This document shows, piece after piece, positions 48,592-60,585 of a stretch of DNA of 64,000 nt. This DNA is from an uncultured Spirochaetales bacterium (lineage in GTDB: Bacteria > Spirochaetota > Spirochaetia > JAFGXN01), in the NCBI GenBank assembly GCA_949289575.1, contig CASEOG010000002.1, positions 160,254-224,253 of the forward strand. Reading direction: 5' to 3'. The position numbers and the translations under genes are program-made. A model generated the notes under the pieces. The model was not told where the DNA came from, searched no databases, and was given only the letters and a program-made list of their open reading frames with translations. Position 1 is the stretch's first letter, and each line of letters begins with the position of its first letter.

Positions 48592-49472
48592 TTGATTATT
48601 CGTCGGTTTCGCAGATAAAAGAGGTTCTCGGGCTGTTTCATCTTTCCATGCAGAAAAAATTCGGTCAGAATTTTCTGGTGAACGACTATTACCGGAAAAG
48701 GATTTTCTCGGAACTGAATGCCGGAACGGTCAAATCGGCATGGGAAATCGGTCCAGGGCTCGGTTCTCTGACAGCCCTGTTTCCGGAAGAGAAAGAATTA
48801 ACGCTGTTTGAAATTGACTACGGATTTATCCGTTTTCTGGAAACCGAATTCCCGAATCGCAGAATCGTACCGGGGGATTTTGTCAAAACCTTTTACGCTT
48901 ATTACGAAACGAGCGGAGAACCCGATCTGATTTACGGAAATCTTCCTTATTGTTCCGCTGCTGCCATGATCGGCGGACTGATAGAGAAAGAGGTGCTCCC
49001 GCCGCGGATGGTTTTTATGGTGCAGAAAGAGGCGGCCCGCCGGATGAAGGCGCTTCCCGGTACCAAAGATTATTCTTCTTTTTCGCTGCTTTGTGCGCTT
49101 GACTACGATGTGAAAACGGTTTTTGATGTTCCCGCCGACTGTTTTTATCCGCAGCCCGAAGTGGTCTCTACGGTTGTCGTGATGACCCGTCATTCCCGCA
49201 ACGCTCTTCTGAACCGGAATTTATATATTCGGCTGGCCGGTGAAATATTCAAATCCCGGCGAAAAACATTGAAGAATAATCTCTCTTCGCTGAAAGGCCG
49301 TTTTTCGGCCGGGTGTCTCGAGGAGGCTTTCGGAACGTGCGGTATCCGTATGAGCGATCGCGGCGAAGAAATTTCTCCCGCCGTTCTGAGCCGGATTGTA
49401 GCCGCTCTGCCGGGAGGATTGAAGGGGGATTTCCGAAAAAAAGAAAATGAAAACTCTTTACTTTCTGAGTGA
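48588..49472 (+). CDS. rsmA: 16S rRNA adenine dimethyltransferase
   Basis: KKFGQNFL, EIGPGLGSLT, GNLPY, MVQKE and FYPQPEVVS motifs. Confidence 0.96.
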   Translation: MIDYSSVSQIKEVLGLFHLSMQKKFGQNFLVNDYYRKRIFSELNAGTVKSAWEIGPGLGSLTALFPEEKELTLFEIDYGFIRFLETEFPNRRIVPGDFVKTFYAYYETSGEPDLIYGNLPYCSAAAMIGGLIEKEVLPPRMVFMVQKEAARRMKALPGTKDYSSFSLLCALDYDVKTVFDVPADCFYPQPEVVSTVVVMTRHSRNALLNRNLYIRLAGEIFKSRRKTLKNNLSSLKGRFSAGCLEEAFGTCGIRMSDRGEEISPAVLSRIVAALPGGLKGDFRKKENENSLLSE

Positions 49473-49507
49473 GTTTTTGTAAATTAAAACCAACAAACCG
49501 AACTTAA

Positions 49508-51157
<1,650 letters not shown>

Positions 51158-51176
51158 CAGTTTCCCGACGAAGGGG

Positions 51177-51240
51177 AAAGGGCACCGCGATGAGGTCTTC
51201 TTCCGAAACGGAAGCCGCCAAAGCGCGGTGCCTTTTTTTT
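51177..51240 (+). terminator. Terminator-like structure with a large internal loop and an inner hairpin after groL
   Basis: GGCACCGCG (51181-51189) pairs with CGCGGTGCC (51224-51232), followed by T8; inner hairpin CTTCCG-aaa-CGGAAG. Confidence 0.55.
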
Positions 51241-51273
51241 GTCGGCAGCAAAAAAATCGAAAAGGCGGTAAAC

Positions 51274-52305
51274 ATGTTTCGTAAAAAAAAGATTCCGGTT
51301 TTGGCGGTGACGGCCGGAGATCCGGCGGGGATCGGACCCGAAATCGCGATTCGGGCCGCAACGGACCGGCGGTTACGGCGGCAGGCACGGATGGTTTTGG
51401 TCGGCGGGCGCTCCGTTTGGGAAAAGACGGCTGCCGTTTTGGGGCGGCGGCTGCGTTTGAGGCCGTTTGACAGCGGGCGGCCGCGGCCGCACCGGGCCGG
51501 TGTTGTCGAATTTGCCGACTGTCCCGAGACGGGAGAGTGGCAGTGGGGCCGTGTGTCGGCCGGCGGCGGTGCGGCGGCCTATGCGGCGGTCGAAACGGCT
51601 GTCCGGTTGATTGAACGGGGGCAGTGCGATGCGGTTGTAACCGCTCCGTTGAACAAAGAATCGCTGCGGGCGGCCGGTGTTCCTTATATCGGGCATACCG
51701 AAATTTTCGAAGGACTGACCGGGTCCGAGAATCCGATGACCGTCTTCCTGACCGGCAAACTGTGCGTCTTTTTTTATACGCGGCATCTGCCTTTGTCGCA
51801 GGTTCCCGCCGCACTCGAAGCCGGAGCTTTATGCCGCTTTATTCTGCGTTGCCGGAATGTTTTGCGGGAGTGGGGAATCGAAACACCCCGTATCGCCGTA
51901 GCCGGATTTAATCCGCATTGCGGAGAACACGGACTGTTGGGAGACGAAGAGATGATATCGGTCGCTCCGGCTGTCGCATCGGCTGTCGCCGGCGGCGTCG
52001 ATGCTGTCGGACCGATCGGTGCCGATTCCGTTTTTGCACAGGCGGCAGAGGGAAGATACGATGCCGTCGTTTCCCTCTATCATGACCAGGGGCATATTGC
52101 CTGCAAGACGCTCGATTTTCACCGTACCGTTTCCGTAACGGCCGGTCTGCCGTTTCTTCGTGTTTCGGTCGACCACGGGACGGCTTTCGATATTGCCGGG
52201 AAAGGAATCGCCGATGCCACGGGAATGAAAGAAGCGGTTGCGACGGCGGCCCGCATGGTCGCCCGTTCCGTGCGAATCGAAAAAAAGAATTGTCATTTGA
52301 ACTGA
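51274..52305 (+). CDS. pdxA: PdxA family dehydrogenase (4-hydroxythreonine-4-phosphate or D-threonate-4-phosphate)
   Basis: TAGDPAGIGPEI, TAPLNKE, GHTE, NPHCGE, YHDQGHI and RVSVDHGTAFDIAGKG motifs. Confidence 0.9.
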   Translation: MFRKKKIPVLAVTAGDPAGIGPEIAIRAATDRRLRRQARMVLVGGRSVWEKTAAVLGRRLRLRPFDSGRPRPHRAGVVEFADCPETGEWQWGRVSAGGGAAAYAAVETAVRLIERGQCDAVVTAPLNKESLRAAGVPYIGHTEIFEGLTGSENPMTVFLTGKLCVFFYTRHLPLSQVPAALEAGALCRFILRCRNVLREWGIETPRIAVAGFNPHCGEHGLLGDEEMISVAPAVASAVAGGVDAVGPIGADSVFAQAAEGRYDAVVSLYHDQGHIACKTLDFHRTVSVTAGLPFLRVSVDHGTAFDIAGKGIADATGMKEAVATAARMVARSVRIEKKNCHLN

Positions 52306-52327
52306 ATTGTGTTATCTTATAGAAGAT

Positions 52328-52636
52328 ATGAAAAAAGAAGATTTTATGTTTACCGTCGGCTCGTACGATAATGTCGTTATTGTCGATAAATCGCTGAAAA
52401 AGAAATACAGGTCTAAGACGTCCCGTCAGCTGGCCGATATGGGGTTGTATAAACCGGCTTTCTGTGCCGCATTGTTCGACCGTGAGTCGGGATTGCCCTC
52501 GGGACGGGATGATTTGGAATATCTTCTCGGGATAATCAATAAAAACGAATCGTGCAGATATGCATCCGTCGATGTTCTGAACCGGCTGTTCGGCGTTTTT
52601 TCGATTCCTCAAAATGTGAAGGTAAAATTGATATAA
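52328..52636 (+). CDS. Hypothetical protein
   Basis: Clean 102-aa ORF filling the intergenic space; no motif recognised. Confidence 0.55.
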   Translation: MKKEDFMFTVGSYDNVVIVDKSLKKKYRSKTSRQLADMGLYKPAFCAALFDRESGLPSGRDDLEYLLGIINKNESCRYASVDVLNRLFGVFSIPQNVKVKLI

Positions 52637-52645
52637 GAGTTTCTC

Positions 52646-52674
52646 TTGACATCCTCATTATTCTGTGTTATTTT
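52646..52674 (+). promoter_or_regulatory. sigma70 promoter of yajC-secD-secF
   Basis: TTGACA, 17 bp spacer, TGt-TATTTT. Confidence 0.65.
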
Positions 52675-52714
52675 TTATAATCGGTTGAAATTTAGTTTTT
52701 TCAGAGGTTAAATT

Positions 52715-53218
52715 ATGGAACAGTTAACGTGGTCGCCGCTTTTGTTGGAAACAGGAATCGTTACGGAATCCAATCAGAATCGGACCCAGGAGATTCCGGC
52801 TGACAACAGCGGGGCACAGACAACGGCAGCATCGCCGTTTGCGAATCAGAGTTTTCTTTTGATGATGGTTCTTTTTCTGCTGGTACTCTATTTTTTTATG
52901 ATTCGCCCGCAGAGCAAAAAACAGAAAGAAACGCAACGGATGCTCGCTTCTTTGGAAAAGGGCGACCGCGTCATGACATCGTCCGGGATTTTCGGTGTGG
53001 TCGATACGGTAAAAGAGACTTCTTTTATTCTGAAGCTCAACGATAATGTCAAAGTCGAATTTGCGAAATATGCGGTCACACAGGTTTTGGAAAAGAAAAA
53101 CCCGGCACCGCAGCCGGAACCCCGCAAGTCGATTTTCTCGGGATTTCGGAAGAAAAAAGCGGAAACGGAAGTTCAGACCGAAAAGTCCGGGACCGTCAGT
53201 CGGGATATTGAAAAATAA
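52715..53218 (+). CDS. yajC: Preprotein translocase subunit YajC
   Basis: YFFMIRPQSKKQKE...LEKGDRVMTSSGIFG motif; upstream of secD. Confidence 0.95.
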   Translation: MEQLTWSPLLLETGIVTESNQNRTQEIPADNSGAQTTAASPFANQSFLLMMVLFLLVLYFFMIRPQSKKQKETQRMLASLEKGDRVMTSSGIFGVVDTVKETSFILKLNDNVKVEFAKYAVTQVLEKKNPAPQPEPRKSIFSGFRKKKAETEVQTEKSGTVSRDIEK

Positions 53219-53225
53219 ATAAAAG

Positions 53226-55040
53226 GTGGAGAAGAAAATGAGTAAAACATCAAGATTTTTGATTTTCTTGCTGGTTTGCGTAATTGCCGTTCTTTTCCTG
53301 ATGCCTACTGTTCGCTGGTATGCGGGATGGGGCGTGACACAGGAAGAAAAGGATTTGGCCGTCCTGCCCGGACAGGATGTCCGAAATTACGCGACAACGG
53401 AAGCGGAAAAGAAATGGAACGAATTTCGTGAATTATCGCGCACAACTCCGGATGCGGTGATTGCGGAAGAATATGAATTTCTGATTCCCGTCGCCCGGCA
53501 GAATCTCCGGCAGATGAAAGAGAAAAAACCGTCCGAATGGACCTATCTGAATATCGTCCGCTTTGCCTTTCCGGGGATGACCGAGAATGAGTCCAAAGCC
53601 TTGTTTATTCAGACCGATGCGGTTGCTTTCGTAAAGCGCATTCAGGACGTCAGAAATTTGCGCGAGAGTGCACTGAAGCTCGGATTGGACCTGAACGGCG
53701 GTATCAGCTTCATGCTGAAAGCCGATGTCGATTGGGACAAGGTCACTCAGGGCGATGATCCGGTGATGGATGCAGTGGATGTCATCTACGATCGCGTCGA
53801 TGCCTTCAAGGTTTCGGAACCGTCAGTCCGGAAAGTCGGAACAGACCGCATTCTGGTTGAGTTGCCGGGTGCCCGTGACTCCGAACGTATTAAAACCTTT
53901 TTAATGGGAAAGGGAAGTCTGAATTTTCATATCGTTGATGCGGCTCAGACCTCCGCATTCCGTTCGTACCTGATACAGACTTACGGAACCACAAAAAGCG
54001 GTTTCGACACCAATGACGAAGCGGCTCAGGCCGGTCTGATTGAGAAGGGAATTGTCAATCCCGGATACAAAGTTATGGGACTTTACGACAAAGACGTTTA
54101 CGGCGAGGATGAACTGCAGGATTATCTGGTGGTTACGGCTGTTCCCGATTTCAGCGGTATCTATTTGAGCGATGTTGCGCGGGCACAGGATCAGTACGGA
54201 AAACCGGCTGTTTCGTTCCGGATCGGAACGGAGGGGGAAGATGCGGACGGCAAACCGATTAATCCTCAAACGCTCTTTGCCGATCTGACGGATGCCAATA
54301 AAGGAAAGACCATGGTTATTGCTTTGGATGGCAAAATCAAGGCAGCGGCTACCATTTCCGGCAAAATTGCCGGCGGTAACGTTCAGATTTCCGGAAGCTT
54401 CACCGGCGAAGAGGCGGAAAATCTCCGGAAACTGCTGAAAACAGGTGTGCTTCCTGTCGAACTTCAGGTTGAAGAGATTCAGGAAGTGAATGCCTCCCTC
54501 GGACAGGATGCCATTCAGTCCGGAATCTGGGCGCTGACAATCGGATTTGTTTCCGTTTTTGTTTTCATGCTGCTGTATTACCGCGGCGGCGGTTTTATTG
54601 CCGATGTGGCGCTCTTCCTTGATTTGGTTTTTATTTTTGCGATTTTGGCCAAATTGGGCTTTACGATGACGCTGACCAGTCTGGCCGGTATTATTCTTTC
54701 GATCGGTATGTCGGTCGATGCCAACGTTATTATTTTCGAACGTATGCGAGAAGAGCAGCGAGCCGGCAAGTCGGCAGTGGCCGGATTGAAGGTCGGGTAT
54801 GACAAGGCGTTGTGGGCTCTCGTCGATGCCAACGTAACGACCCTGATTGCGGCTTTGGTTCTGTCCGTATTGGGAACCGGATCGATTCAGGGATTTGCTT
54901 ATACGCTTGCGATCGGTGTTGTCTGCTCCATGTTTACGGCGATATTTGTGACACGTCTGATTTTCGACTTCTGCTACGAAACATTGAAAGTCAAACGGAT
55001 AAAGATTATGTGGGGAGGCCGAAAATATGAAAACAATTAA
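53226..55040 (+). CDS. secD: Protein translocase subunit SecD
   Basis: LKLGLDLNGG, DRILVELPG, SIGMSVDANVIIFERMRE and IQGFAYTL motifs; start could be 53238. Confidence 0.96.
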   Translation: MEKKMSKTSRFLIFLLVCVIAVLFLMPTVRWYAGWGVTQEEKDLAVLPGQDVRNYATTEAEKKWNEFRELSRTTPDAVIAEEYEFLIPVARQNLRQMKEKKPSEWTYLNIVRFAFPGMTENESKALFIQTDAVAFVKRIQDVRNLRESALKLGLDLNGGISFMLKADVDWDKVTQGDDPVMDAVDVIYDRVDAFKVSEPSVRKVGTDRILVELPGARDSERIKTFLMGKGSLNFHIVDAAQTSAFRSYLIQTYGTTKSGFDTNDEAAQAGLIEKGIVNPGYKVMGLYDKDVYGEDELQDYLVVTAVPDFSGIYLSDVARAQDQYGKPAVSFRIGTEGEDADGKPINPQTLFADLTDANKGKTMVIALDGKIKAAATISGKIAGGNVQISGSFTGEEAENLRKLLKTGVLPVELQVEEIQEVNASLGQDAIQSGIWALTIGFVSVFVFMLLYYRGGGFIADVALFLDLVFIFAILAKLGFTMTLTSLAGIILSIGMSVDANVIIFERMREEQRAGKSAVAGLKVGYDKALWALVDANVTTLIAALVLSVLGTGSIQGFAYTLAIGVVCSMFTAIFVTRLIFDFCYETLKVKRIKIMWGGRKYENN

Positions 55041-56223
55041 ATTTACCCGTTACCGTTTCCTGACGGTCGGACTGTCGCTTGCTTTTATGATCTTCGGCCT
55101 GCTGTTTACGATTTTCTATCATCACGGTTTAAATATGGGAGTCGATTTCAACCCCGGTGTCAGTATTCAGTTTTCCGTTAAATTAAAGGAAGCGATTACG
55201 GCAGAAAATGCGGCGGCCGGAGAAATCGAAACGATTTCCGTTATCCGTAAACTTTTGACGCCTTACGAAGCTCAGATTCAGGAAATTCCCAATCAGGATC
55301 CGCTGACCCGTGAGTACCGTGTCCGGTTGTCTCAGGTTAATCTGCGTAAACCGGTGAAGGCAGCGGAGGGCGTCGATCCGTCGGAGGTGATGACAGCCGA
55401 AGAAGCGGCTGCGCTCAGCCCGTTACAGACATTGGCTTATCGTGCGGCCGTCGGAGACGGTGATTTTGCCGAAATTGCTGCCGGCGAGCTGGAAAAGGTT
55501 GTGGAAGCGGAATTCGGAGCCGATACTGTCGAGATTAAGCAGAAAGCGAGCGTGACACCGTCCCGTGCGGCAACACTGACAATGACGGCCGTTTGGGTTG
55601 TTGTTGCGGCGATGGCACTTGTTCTGATTTATATCTGGTTCCGGTTCAAGCTGGCTTTTGCGGTCGGAGCGATTGTTGCCGTTTTTCACGATATTATTAT
55701 GATGATGGTTTTTATCGGTGTTTTTCAGGTCGAATTTACTTCCGTCACAATCGCCGCTATTCTGACAATTATCGGTTATTCACTGAATGACACAATCGTT
55801 GTTTTCGATCGTATTCGTGAAAGTATGGAGCTCAATCCGAATCTTCCGCTGAGATCGCGTATCGATATCTCTGTTACTCAGACGCTGTCCCGAACGATTA
55901 TTACCTCACTGACCACGTTGTTTACCGTTGTGGCGCTGTATGTGTTTGCATCCGAAACAAGTGATATAAAGAACTTTGCGTTGAATGTGATTGTCGGTAT
56001 TTTATGCGGAACCTATTCGACGATTTTCATTGCTGCCCCGTTCTATTATTGGACCGAGCTGGCGATAGCTGCGGTGAAACGGAGAAAAGCCGAAAAGAAA
56101 TACGGCAAAAAAGCCGTTGCTGCCGCCGTCACCGCCGAAGCTGCGGCTGCCTCGGTTGACAGTGATGAGACAGCGATTCCGATGCTGGAACGCAAGATGC
56201 GCGGGAAGAAACGCAGGCATTAA
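55027..56223 (+). CDS. secF: Protein translocase subunit SecF
   Basis: MGVDF..G, AVFHD, IIGYSLNDTIVVFDRIRE and TLSRTIITS motifs. Confidence 0.96.
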   Translation: MKTIKFTRYRFLTVGLSLAFMIFGLLFTIFYHHGLNMGVDFNPGVSIQFSVKLKEAITAENAAAGEIETISVIRKLLTPYEAQIQEIPNQDPLTREYRVRLSQVNLRKPVKAAEGVDPSEVMTAEEAAALSPLQTLAYRAAVGDGDFAEIAAGELEKVVEAEFGADTVEIKQKASVTPSRAATLTMTAVWVVVAAMALVLIYIWFRFKLAFAVGAIVAVFHDIIMMMVFIGVFQVEFTSVTIAAILTIIGYSLNDTIVVFDRIRESMELNPNLPLRSRIDISVTQTLSRTIITSLTTLFTVVALYVFASETSDIKNFALNVIVGILCGTYSTIFIAAPFYYWTELAIAAVKRRKAEKKYGKKAVAAAVTAEAAAASVDSDETAIPMLERKMRGKKRRH

Positions 56224-56235
56224 TTTATCAGACGG

Positions 56236-56272
56236 AAAGACCGATAAGAAATTATCGGTCTTTTATTTTTTT
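56236..56272 (+). terminator. Intrinsic terminator after secF
   Basis: AAAGACCGATAA-gaaa-TTATCGGTCTTT followed by a T-tract. Confidence 0.88.
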
Positions 56273-56287
56273 CGGGGCGGAATCTAA

Positions 56288-57907
56288 ATGAAAATTCGTT
56301 TAATATCGGATGTCTACCAAAACAAATCAACAAGTGTCATTAAAAAAGCCAAAATTCTGCAAGTTTGTTTTATTTCCACGATATTTGCCTTTATTCCTGC
56401 AGCATTACAGATGTTTTCGGAAGGAAATATTCCTCTCTTTGTTCTCGATCTGGTGCTGGTCGTAACAGCCGCTGTCGGATCATTTCTTTTGTGGAAAGGA
56501 TATTATAAAATCAGCTGGCTGCTGTGTAATCTGATTATTGCTTCACTGGCTTTGTCCCGAATTCTGACCTGGCCCGATTCTTACTATACTGTTTTATACG
56601 GGCTCTTTATGGCCTGTGTCATGGTTCAGTTCGGTGTGCAGCATTTGACTTCCCGCTGGAATATTATTCTTTTCCATATTTTTCTGTACGGTGTGGTATT
56701 GGGAACCCTTGCAGCTGTTTCGGTTCCCTATGCGGTCGAAAACAAAAGTCTTCCTTTAATGTTTGATATGTTTTTCGGCAGTTTCTGTATATTTGTTTTT
56801 TCCGATGTTCTTTTTTTTGTCGGATGGAAGGCCGATAACGATCTGAATCGGGAGCTCTCCGAAAAAGAGTCGGAATTGCGGAAAAATATCGGACATATTT
56901 CGAATATTGTCGGTAAAGTCTCGTCGGGGGCCGATATCGGAAATCAGCTGACGGAAACATCGCATGCCATTTCCGACAGTCTGCTGGCAATGGAGGAATG
57001 CAAAAACGAAACACGCCGGGGACAGAAGTCTTTGGAAAGCCAGATTGAAGGTATTTACGGGCTTCAGAATCAGATAGCGGAAGCGAACGAAAGTGTGAAA
57101 ATCAGAATCAATAATCAGGCAGCCGCGTTCGAACAGACAACGGCGGCCATTACGGAAATGTCGTCGTCAATCGAAACAATGTCGGGCAATGCAACCGAAA
57201 AAATGGCACAGCTGATGGAAATATCTTCCGCTGTTAAAACCGGCATCGAGCAGTTGGAAAGCTCGGCACGCATTTTCGAAGAAATCATTTCATCGATCAA
57301 CCGGATGAGTGAAATTGTCGGTGTTATCGAAGATATTTCGGAGCGGACCAACCTTTTGGCAATGAATGCCTCCATTGAATCGGTTCATGCGGGAGACGCC
57401 GGAAAGGGATTTTCCATTGTCGCCCAGTCGATTCGGGATTTGTCCGAGGAAACTTCTCGTAACTCGAAAATTATTTCTCAAATGATTAAGACCAATATTT
57501 CCGCCGTAAAAAACGCCGTAACGGTAAACTCGGAGTCGTCCCTGAAAATCAGAGGGATCGGAAACGATCTTTTGGTGATTTCCTCCTCATTAAACGAAAT
57601 CAGCAACGGGTTGTCCGAGCTGGCCAAGGGAACGGTTGAAATCAACAATGCGGTTTACCATGTCGTTGATTTAAAGAAAGAGGTTGACCTGTCGACAGAG
57701 CGCATGAATCGGATTATTGCCGATGAAAATTCGGCAATGAATGTTATGAAAGATGTCGTCTGCGAGATAGATTCCAGTATGAAGAATCTCGAAAACGAAT
57801 TCGGACGCATCAGAGAAAAGTCCGATTTGCTGCTCAATATCGGGGCCACAAACGAAGAGCTGATGAAAGAAATGAAAGACAGTGTCTCCGGATTTCAAAG
57901 TCGCTAA
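56288..57907 (+). CDS. Methyl-accepting chemotaxis protein with a multi-TM N-terminus
   Basis: About 6 hydrophobic segments, then the signalling domain [18 protein letters not shown]...GKGFSIVA. Confidence 0.92.
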   Translation: MKIRLISDVYQNKSTSVIKKAKILQVCFISTIFAFIPAALQMFSEGNIPLFVLDLVLVVTAAVGSFLLWKGYYKISWLLCNLIIASLALSRILTWPDSYYTVLYGLFMACVMVQFGVQHLTSRWNIILFHIFLYGVVLGTLAAVSVPYAVENKSLPLMFDMFFGSFCIFVFSDVLFFVGWKADNDLNRELSEKESELRKNIGHISNIVGKVSSGADIGNQLTETSHAISDSLLAMEECKNETRRGQKSLESQIEGIYGLQNQIAEANESVKIRINNQAAAFEQTTAAITEMSSSIETMSGNATEKMAQLMEISSAVKTGIEQLESSARIFEEIISSINRMSEIVGVIEDISERTNLLAMNASIESVHAGDAGKGFSIVAQSIRDLSEETSRNSKIISQMIKTNISAVKNAVTVNSESSLKIRGIGNDLLVISSSLNEISNGLSELAKGTVEINNAVYHVVDLKKEVDLSTERMNRIIADENSAMNVMKDVVCEIDSSMKNLENEFGRIREKSDLLLNIGATNEELMKEMKDSVSGFQSR

Positions 57908-57975
57908 CTTTTTCGGTTTGTTCCTTATTTTTACTCTTTGATAAACCGATATAAAAGAAGATGCGGGATAATGCG

Positions 57976-58002
57976 GCAAACCGATTTCTGCATTTCCGAT
58001 AT
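57976..58002 (+). promoter_or_regulatory. Possible sigma28 (FliA) promoter of the second MCP
   Basis: GCAA-N16-CCGATAT; AGGAG SD at 58021-58025. Confidence 0.45.
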
Positions 58003-58031
58003 GTATTCGATCATTCGAAAAGGAGCTGTTG

Positions 58032-59645
58032 ATGAGATTGAGGCTGATATCGAGGTATTACGACAAAGAGACAATCGATGTACGGGCAAAAACGAATGTT
58101 CTTCAGATTATTTTTATTCTGATGAGCTTCGCTCTTGCCGGAGGAGTTGTTAAAAATTTATTTGTCTTAAATTATATTCCGATGGCGATTTTCGAGATTG
58201 TCCTGATTCTGTTTACGACTCTGATCATTGTTCTGCAGTATCGGGGGTGGTATCGGCTCGGATGGTCGTACGCCCTGTCCATGGGGTTTCTGATTGCCTT
58301 TCCTCTGGTTCTTTCCCGGGAGCCGAGTATTATAGATGCCTCTTACATGATGTTCTGCTTCAGTATTATAGTACTGTTAATCGGTAATTTTTCCGTCAGC
58401 AAGTGGGCGTTCTTTATTACCGCACCGCTGATATATGCGGGAATTCTTTTTATGATGATAACGCGTGCGGTTCCGGTCGGAGTCGCAACAGGCACATTGC
58501 AGGAACTGATGGATGTCTTTTATTCGATGATTATTCTGCTTGTTCTGGCGCATGTGCTGTCTTTAACGGCATGGTTTTCCAACCGGACTCTTGTTCGGGA
58601 GCTTTCCGAGCGCGAACAGGATGTCAAAAATAAAATGAAAACACTGACCGGCTGGCTCCATTCTTTGTCCGACAATATGGATATCGGCAGCCAGTTAAAC
58701 GCCAGTGCGGAAACAATATCCCGAAATTTACAGGAAATGGGAAAACTGACATCCGCCTCCAGAGAAAACCAGAACGTCGTCAAAGAAAGTATCGACCGTA
58801 TTTCCGCGTTTCAAACGCAGATTATCGAAGCCAACGAAGGGGTAAAATCACGAATCAACAATCAGGCGGTCGCTTTCGAACAGACGACGGCGGCCATTGC
58901 GCAAATGTCTTCCTCTATCGAAAATATGTCGGCATCGGCTAACGAAAAGATTGAAAAACTGACGGCGGTTTCGGCGACGGTTCAGGAGGGAATCGACCGG
59001 CTGGCTTCTTCGGTTCAGATTTTCGACGGGATTATCGAGTCCATCAATCAGATGAGTGAAATCGTCGGTGTTATCGAAGATATTTCGGAACGAACCAATT
59101 TGCTGGCGATGAACGCATCTATCGAATCGGTCCATGCCGGAGAAGCCGGAAAAGGCTTTTCCATTGTTGCCCAGTCGATTCGGGATTTGTCGGAAGAAAC
59201 ATCGAAAAACTCGAAAATCATCAGCGCAATGATTAAAAAGAATATTCAGGACGTTAAAAATGCGGTCGTTGCCAATACAGGATCTTCCGACAACATCAAA
59301 GTCATCGGACAGGAAATTGTCAATATTTCCTCGTCCTTAACGGAAATCAATCAGGGACTGATGGAGCTTTCGCAGGGAACGGGAGAAATTAATAGAGCGG
59401 TTTATCACGTCGTTGACCTGAAAAAAGAGGTTGATATTTCGACGGAAAGAATGAGTGCGATTATCGACGAAGAAAACAAGGCGATGGATGAGGTGCGCAA
59501 TGCAATCGGTATTATCGGGGACGGAATCAATGCGATCGATTCCGGATTGAATGCCGTTCGAAGCGAGTCGGAACAGCTGGTGGAAATCGGAAAAAGCAAC
59601 GAGAATGCGCTGGCCGCTCTTCAGGAAAAGGCGGTCGATTATTAA
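58032..59645 (+). CDS. Methyl-accepting chemotaxis protein, tandem paralog of 56288-57907
   Basis: Same architecture, with a near-identical signalling-tip sequence at both protein and DNA level. Confidence 0.92.
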   Translation: MRLRLISRYYDKETIDVRAKTNVLQIIFILMSFALAGGVVKNLFVLNYIPMAIFEIVLILFTTLIIVLQYRGWYRLGWSYALSMGFLIAFPLVLSREPSIIDASYMMFCFSIIVLLIGNFSVSKWAFFITAPLIYAGILFMMITRAVPVGVATGTLQELMDVFYSMIILLVLAHVLSLTAWFSNRTLVRELSEREQDVKNKMKTLTGWLHSLSDNMDIGSQLNASAETISRNLQEMGKLTSASRENQNVVKESIDRISAFQTQIIEANEGVKSRINNQAVAFEQTTAAIAQMSSSIENMSASANEKIEKLTAVSATVQEGIDRLASSVQIFDGIIESINQMSEIVGVIEDISERTNLLAMNASIESVHAGEAGKGFSIVAQSIRDLSEETSKNSKIISAMIKKNIQDVKNAVVANTGSSDNIKVIGQEIVNISSSLTEINQGLMELSQGTGEINRAVYHVVDLKKEVDISTERMSAIIDEENKAMDEVRNAIGIIGDGINAIDSGLNAVRSESEQLVEIGKSNENALAALQEKAVDY

Positions 59646-59653
59646 TACGAACG

Positions 59654-59681
59654 GACCGGCAGAGGATGCCGGTCTTTTTTT
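59654..59681 (+). terminator. Intrinsic terminator after the MCPs
   Basis: GACCGGCA-gagga-TGCCGGTC followed by T7. Confidence 0.88.
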
Positions 59682-59690
59682 GAGGAAAAG

Positions 59691-60560
59691 ATGAAGGTCG
59701 AACAGGCAGATGTAATGGGATTTTGTATGGGAGTCAGAAGAGCTGTCGAGACGACGGAAGAGACGGTTTCGACAGTCCGCCACCGACGCGTTTATACGTA
59801 CGGACCGCTGATTCACAATCCGTCCGTAACGGAACGTCTCGAAGCGCAGGGCGTTGCCGTTTTGGATCCGGAAAAGCCGCTTCCGCCGGAAGCCGGTGTT
59901 GTCGTTCTCCGCGCACACGGAGTGGCCCCTTCGGTGCGGCAAAATTTAACGGCATGCGGTTGGCAGATTGTCGATGCCACATGTCCCCGCGTATTGGGAT
60001 CTCAGAAGATTGCGGAAGCGGCATCGCAACGCGGTGAAATGGTCATTGTCGTCGGAGACCGGAATCACGGAGAAGTCAGAGCCATTGCCGGCTGTGCGGC
60101 ATCCGTGGCGGTTGTTCAGGATCAGTCCGATTTGGAGAGATTAACGCCGGCGCCCGTCTGTACCGTCATCGCTCAGACAACAATCAAAAAAGAAGAATAC
60201 GAGCAGATCGTGGCCCAACTGGAACGGCGCTTTCCGAATTGCGAGTTTAAGACCCATAAAACAATCTGCCCCGCGACACGGGAGCGGCAGGAAGCGCTTC
60301 TGGCACTCCTGGCAAAATGCGACGCGGTCGTTGTTATCGGCGGAAAAAACAGTGCCAACACGGTGCGTCTGGCCGATACGGCGCGTCGTGCCGGGAAGCC
60401 GGTCCGGCAAATCGAATCGGCAGGGGATTTGTCTCCCGAAATCGGAAATTACGAAACCGTCGGTGTGACGGCCGGTGCTTCGACGCCGCAAAACATTATC
60501 GACGATGTGATCCGGGCGTTGGAGAAAATGAAGAACCGAAAATCCCCGGAAAATGCTTGA
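59691..60560 (+). CDS. ispH: 4-hydroxy-3-methylbut-2-enyl diphosphate reductase
   Basis: GFCMGVRRA, GPLIHNP, RAHG, VDATCP, TICPAT and GGKNSANT motifs. Confidence 0.97.
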   Translation: MKVEQADVMGFCMGVRRAVETTEETVSTVRHRRVYTYGPLIHNPSVTERLEAQGVAVLDPEKPLPPEAGVVVLRAHGVAPSVRQNLTACGWQIVDATCPRVLGSQKIAEAASQRGEMVIVVGDRNHGEVRAIAGCAASVAVVQDQSDLERLTPAPVCTVIAQTTIKKEEYEQIVAQLERRFPNCEFKTHKTICPATRERQEALLALLAKCDAVVVIGGKNSANTVRLADTARRAGKPVRQIESAGDLSPEIGNYETVGVTAGASTPQNIIDDVIRALEKMKNRKSPENA

Positions 60561-60585
60561 CAGCGTCCGCAAATAAGACTAAATT
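60557..60585 (+). promoter_or_regulatory. sigma70 promoter of thrS
   Basis: TTGACA, 17 bp spacer, TAAATT. Confidence 0.65.

Noticed and set aside
49441-49480. Possible CIRCE (HrcA) operator before groL (AAAACTC...GAGTTTT)
   Set aside because: Does not fit TTAGCACTC-N9-GAGTGCTAA in arms or spacing, and lies mostly in the rsmA coding end.
51181-51232. GCGATGAGGTC resembling the start of a fluoride riboswitch or a hammerhead core
   Set aside because: The downstream GCUGAUG...CUAC pseudoknot partner is absent and there is no CUGANGA core.
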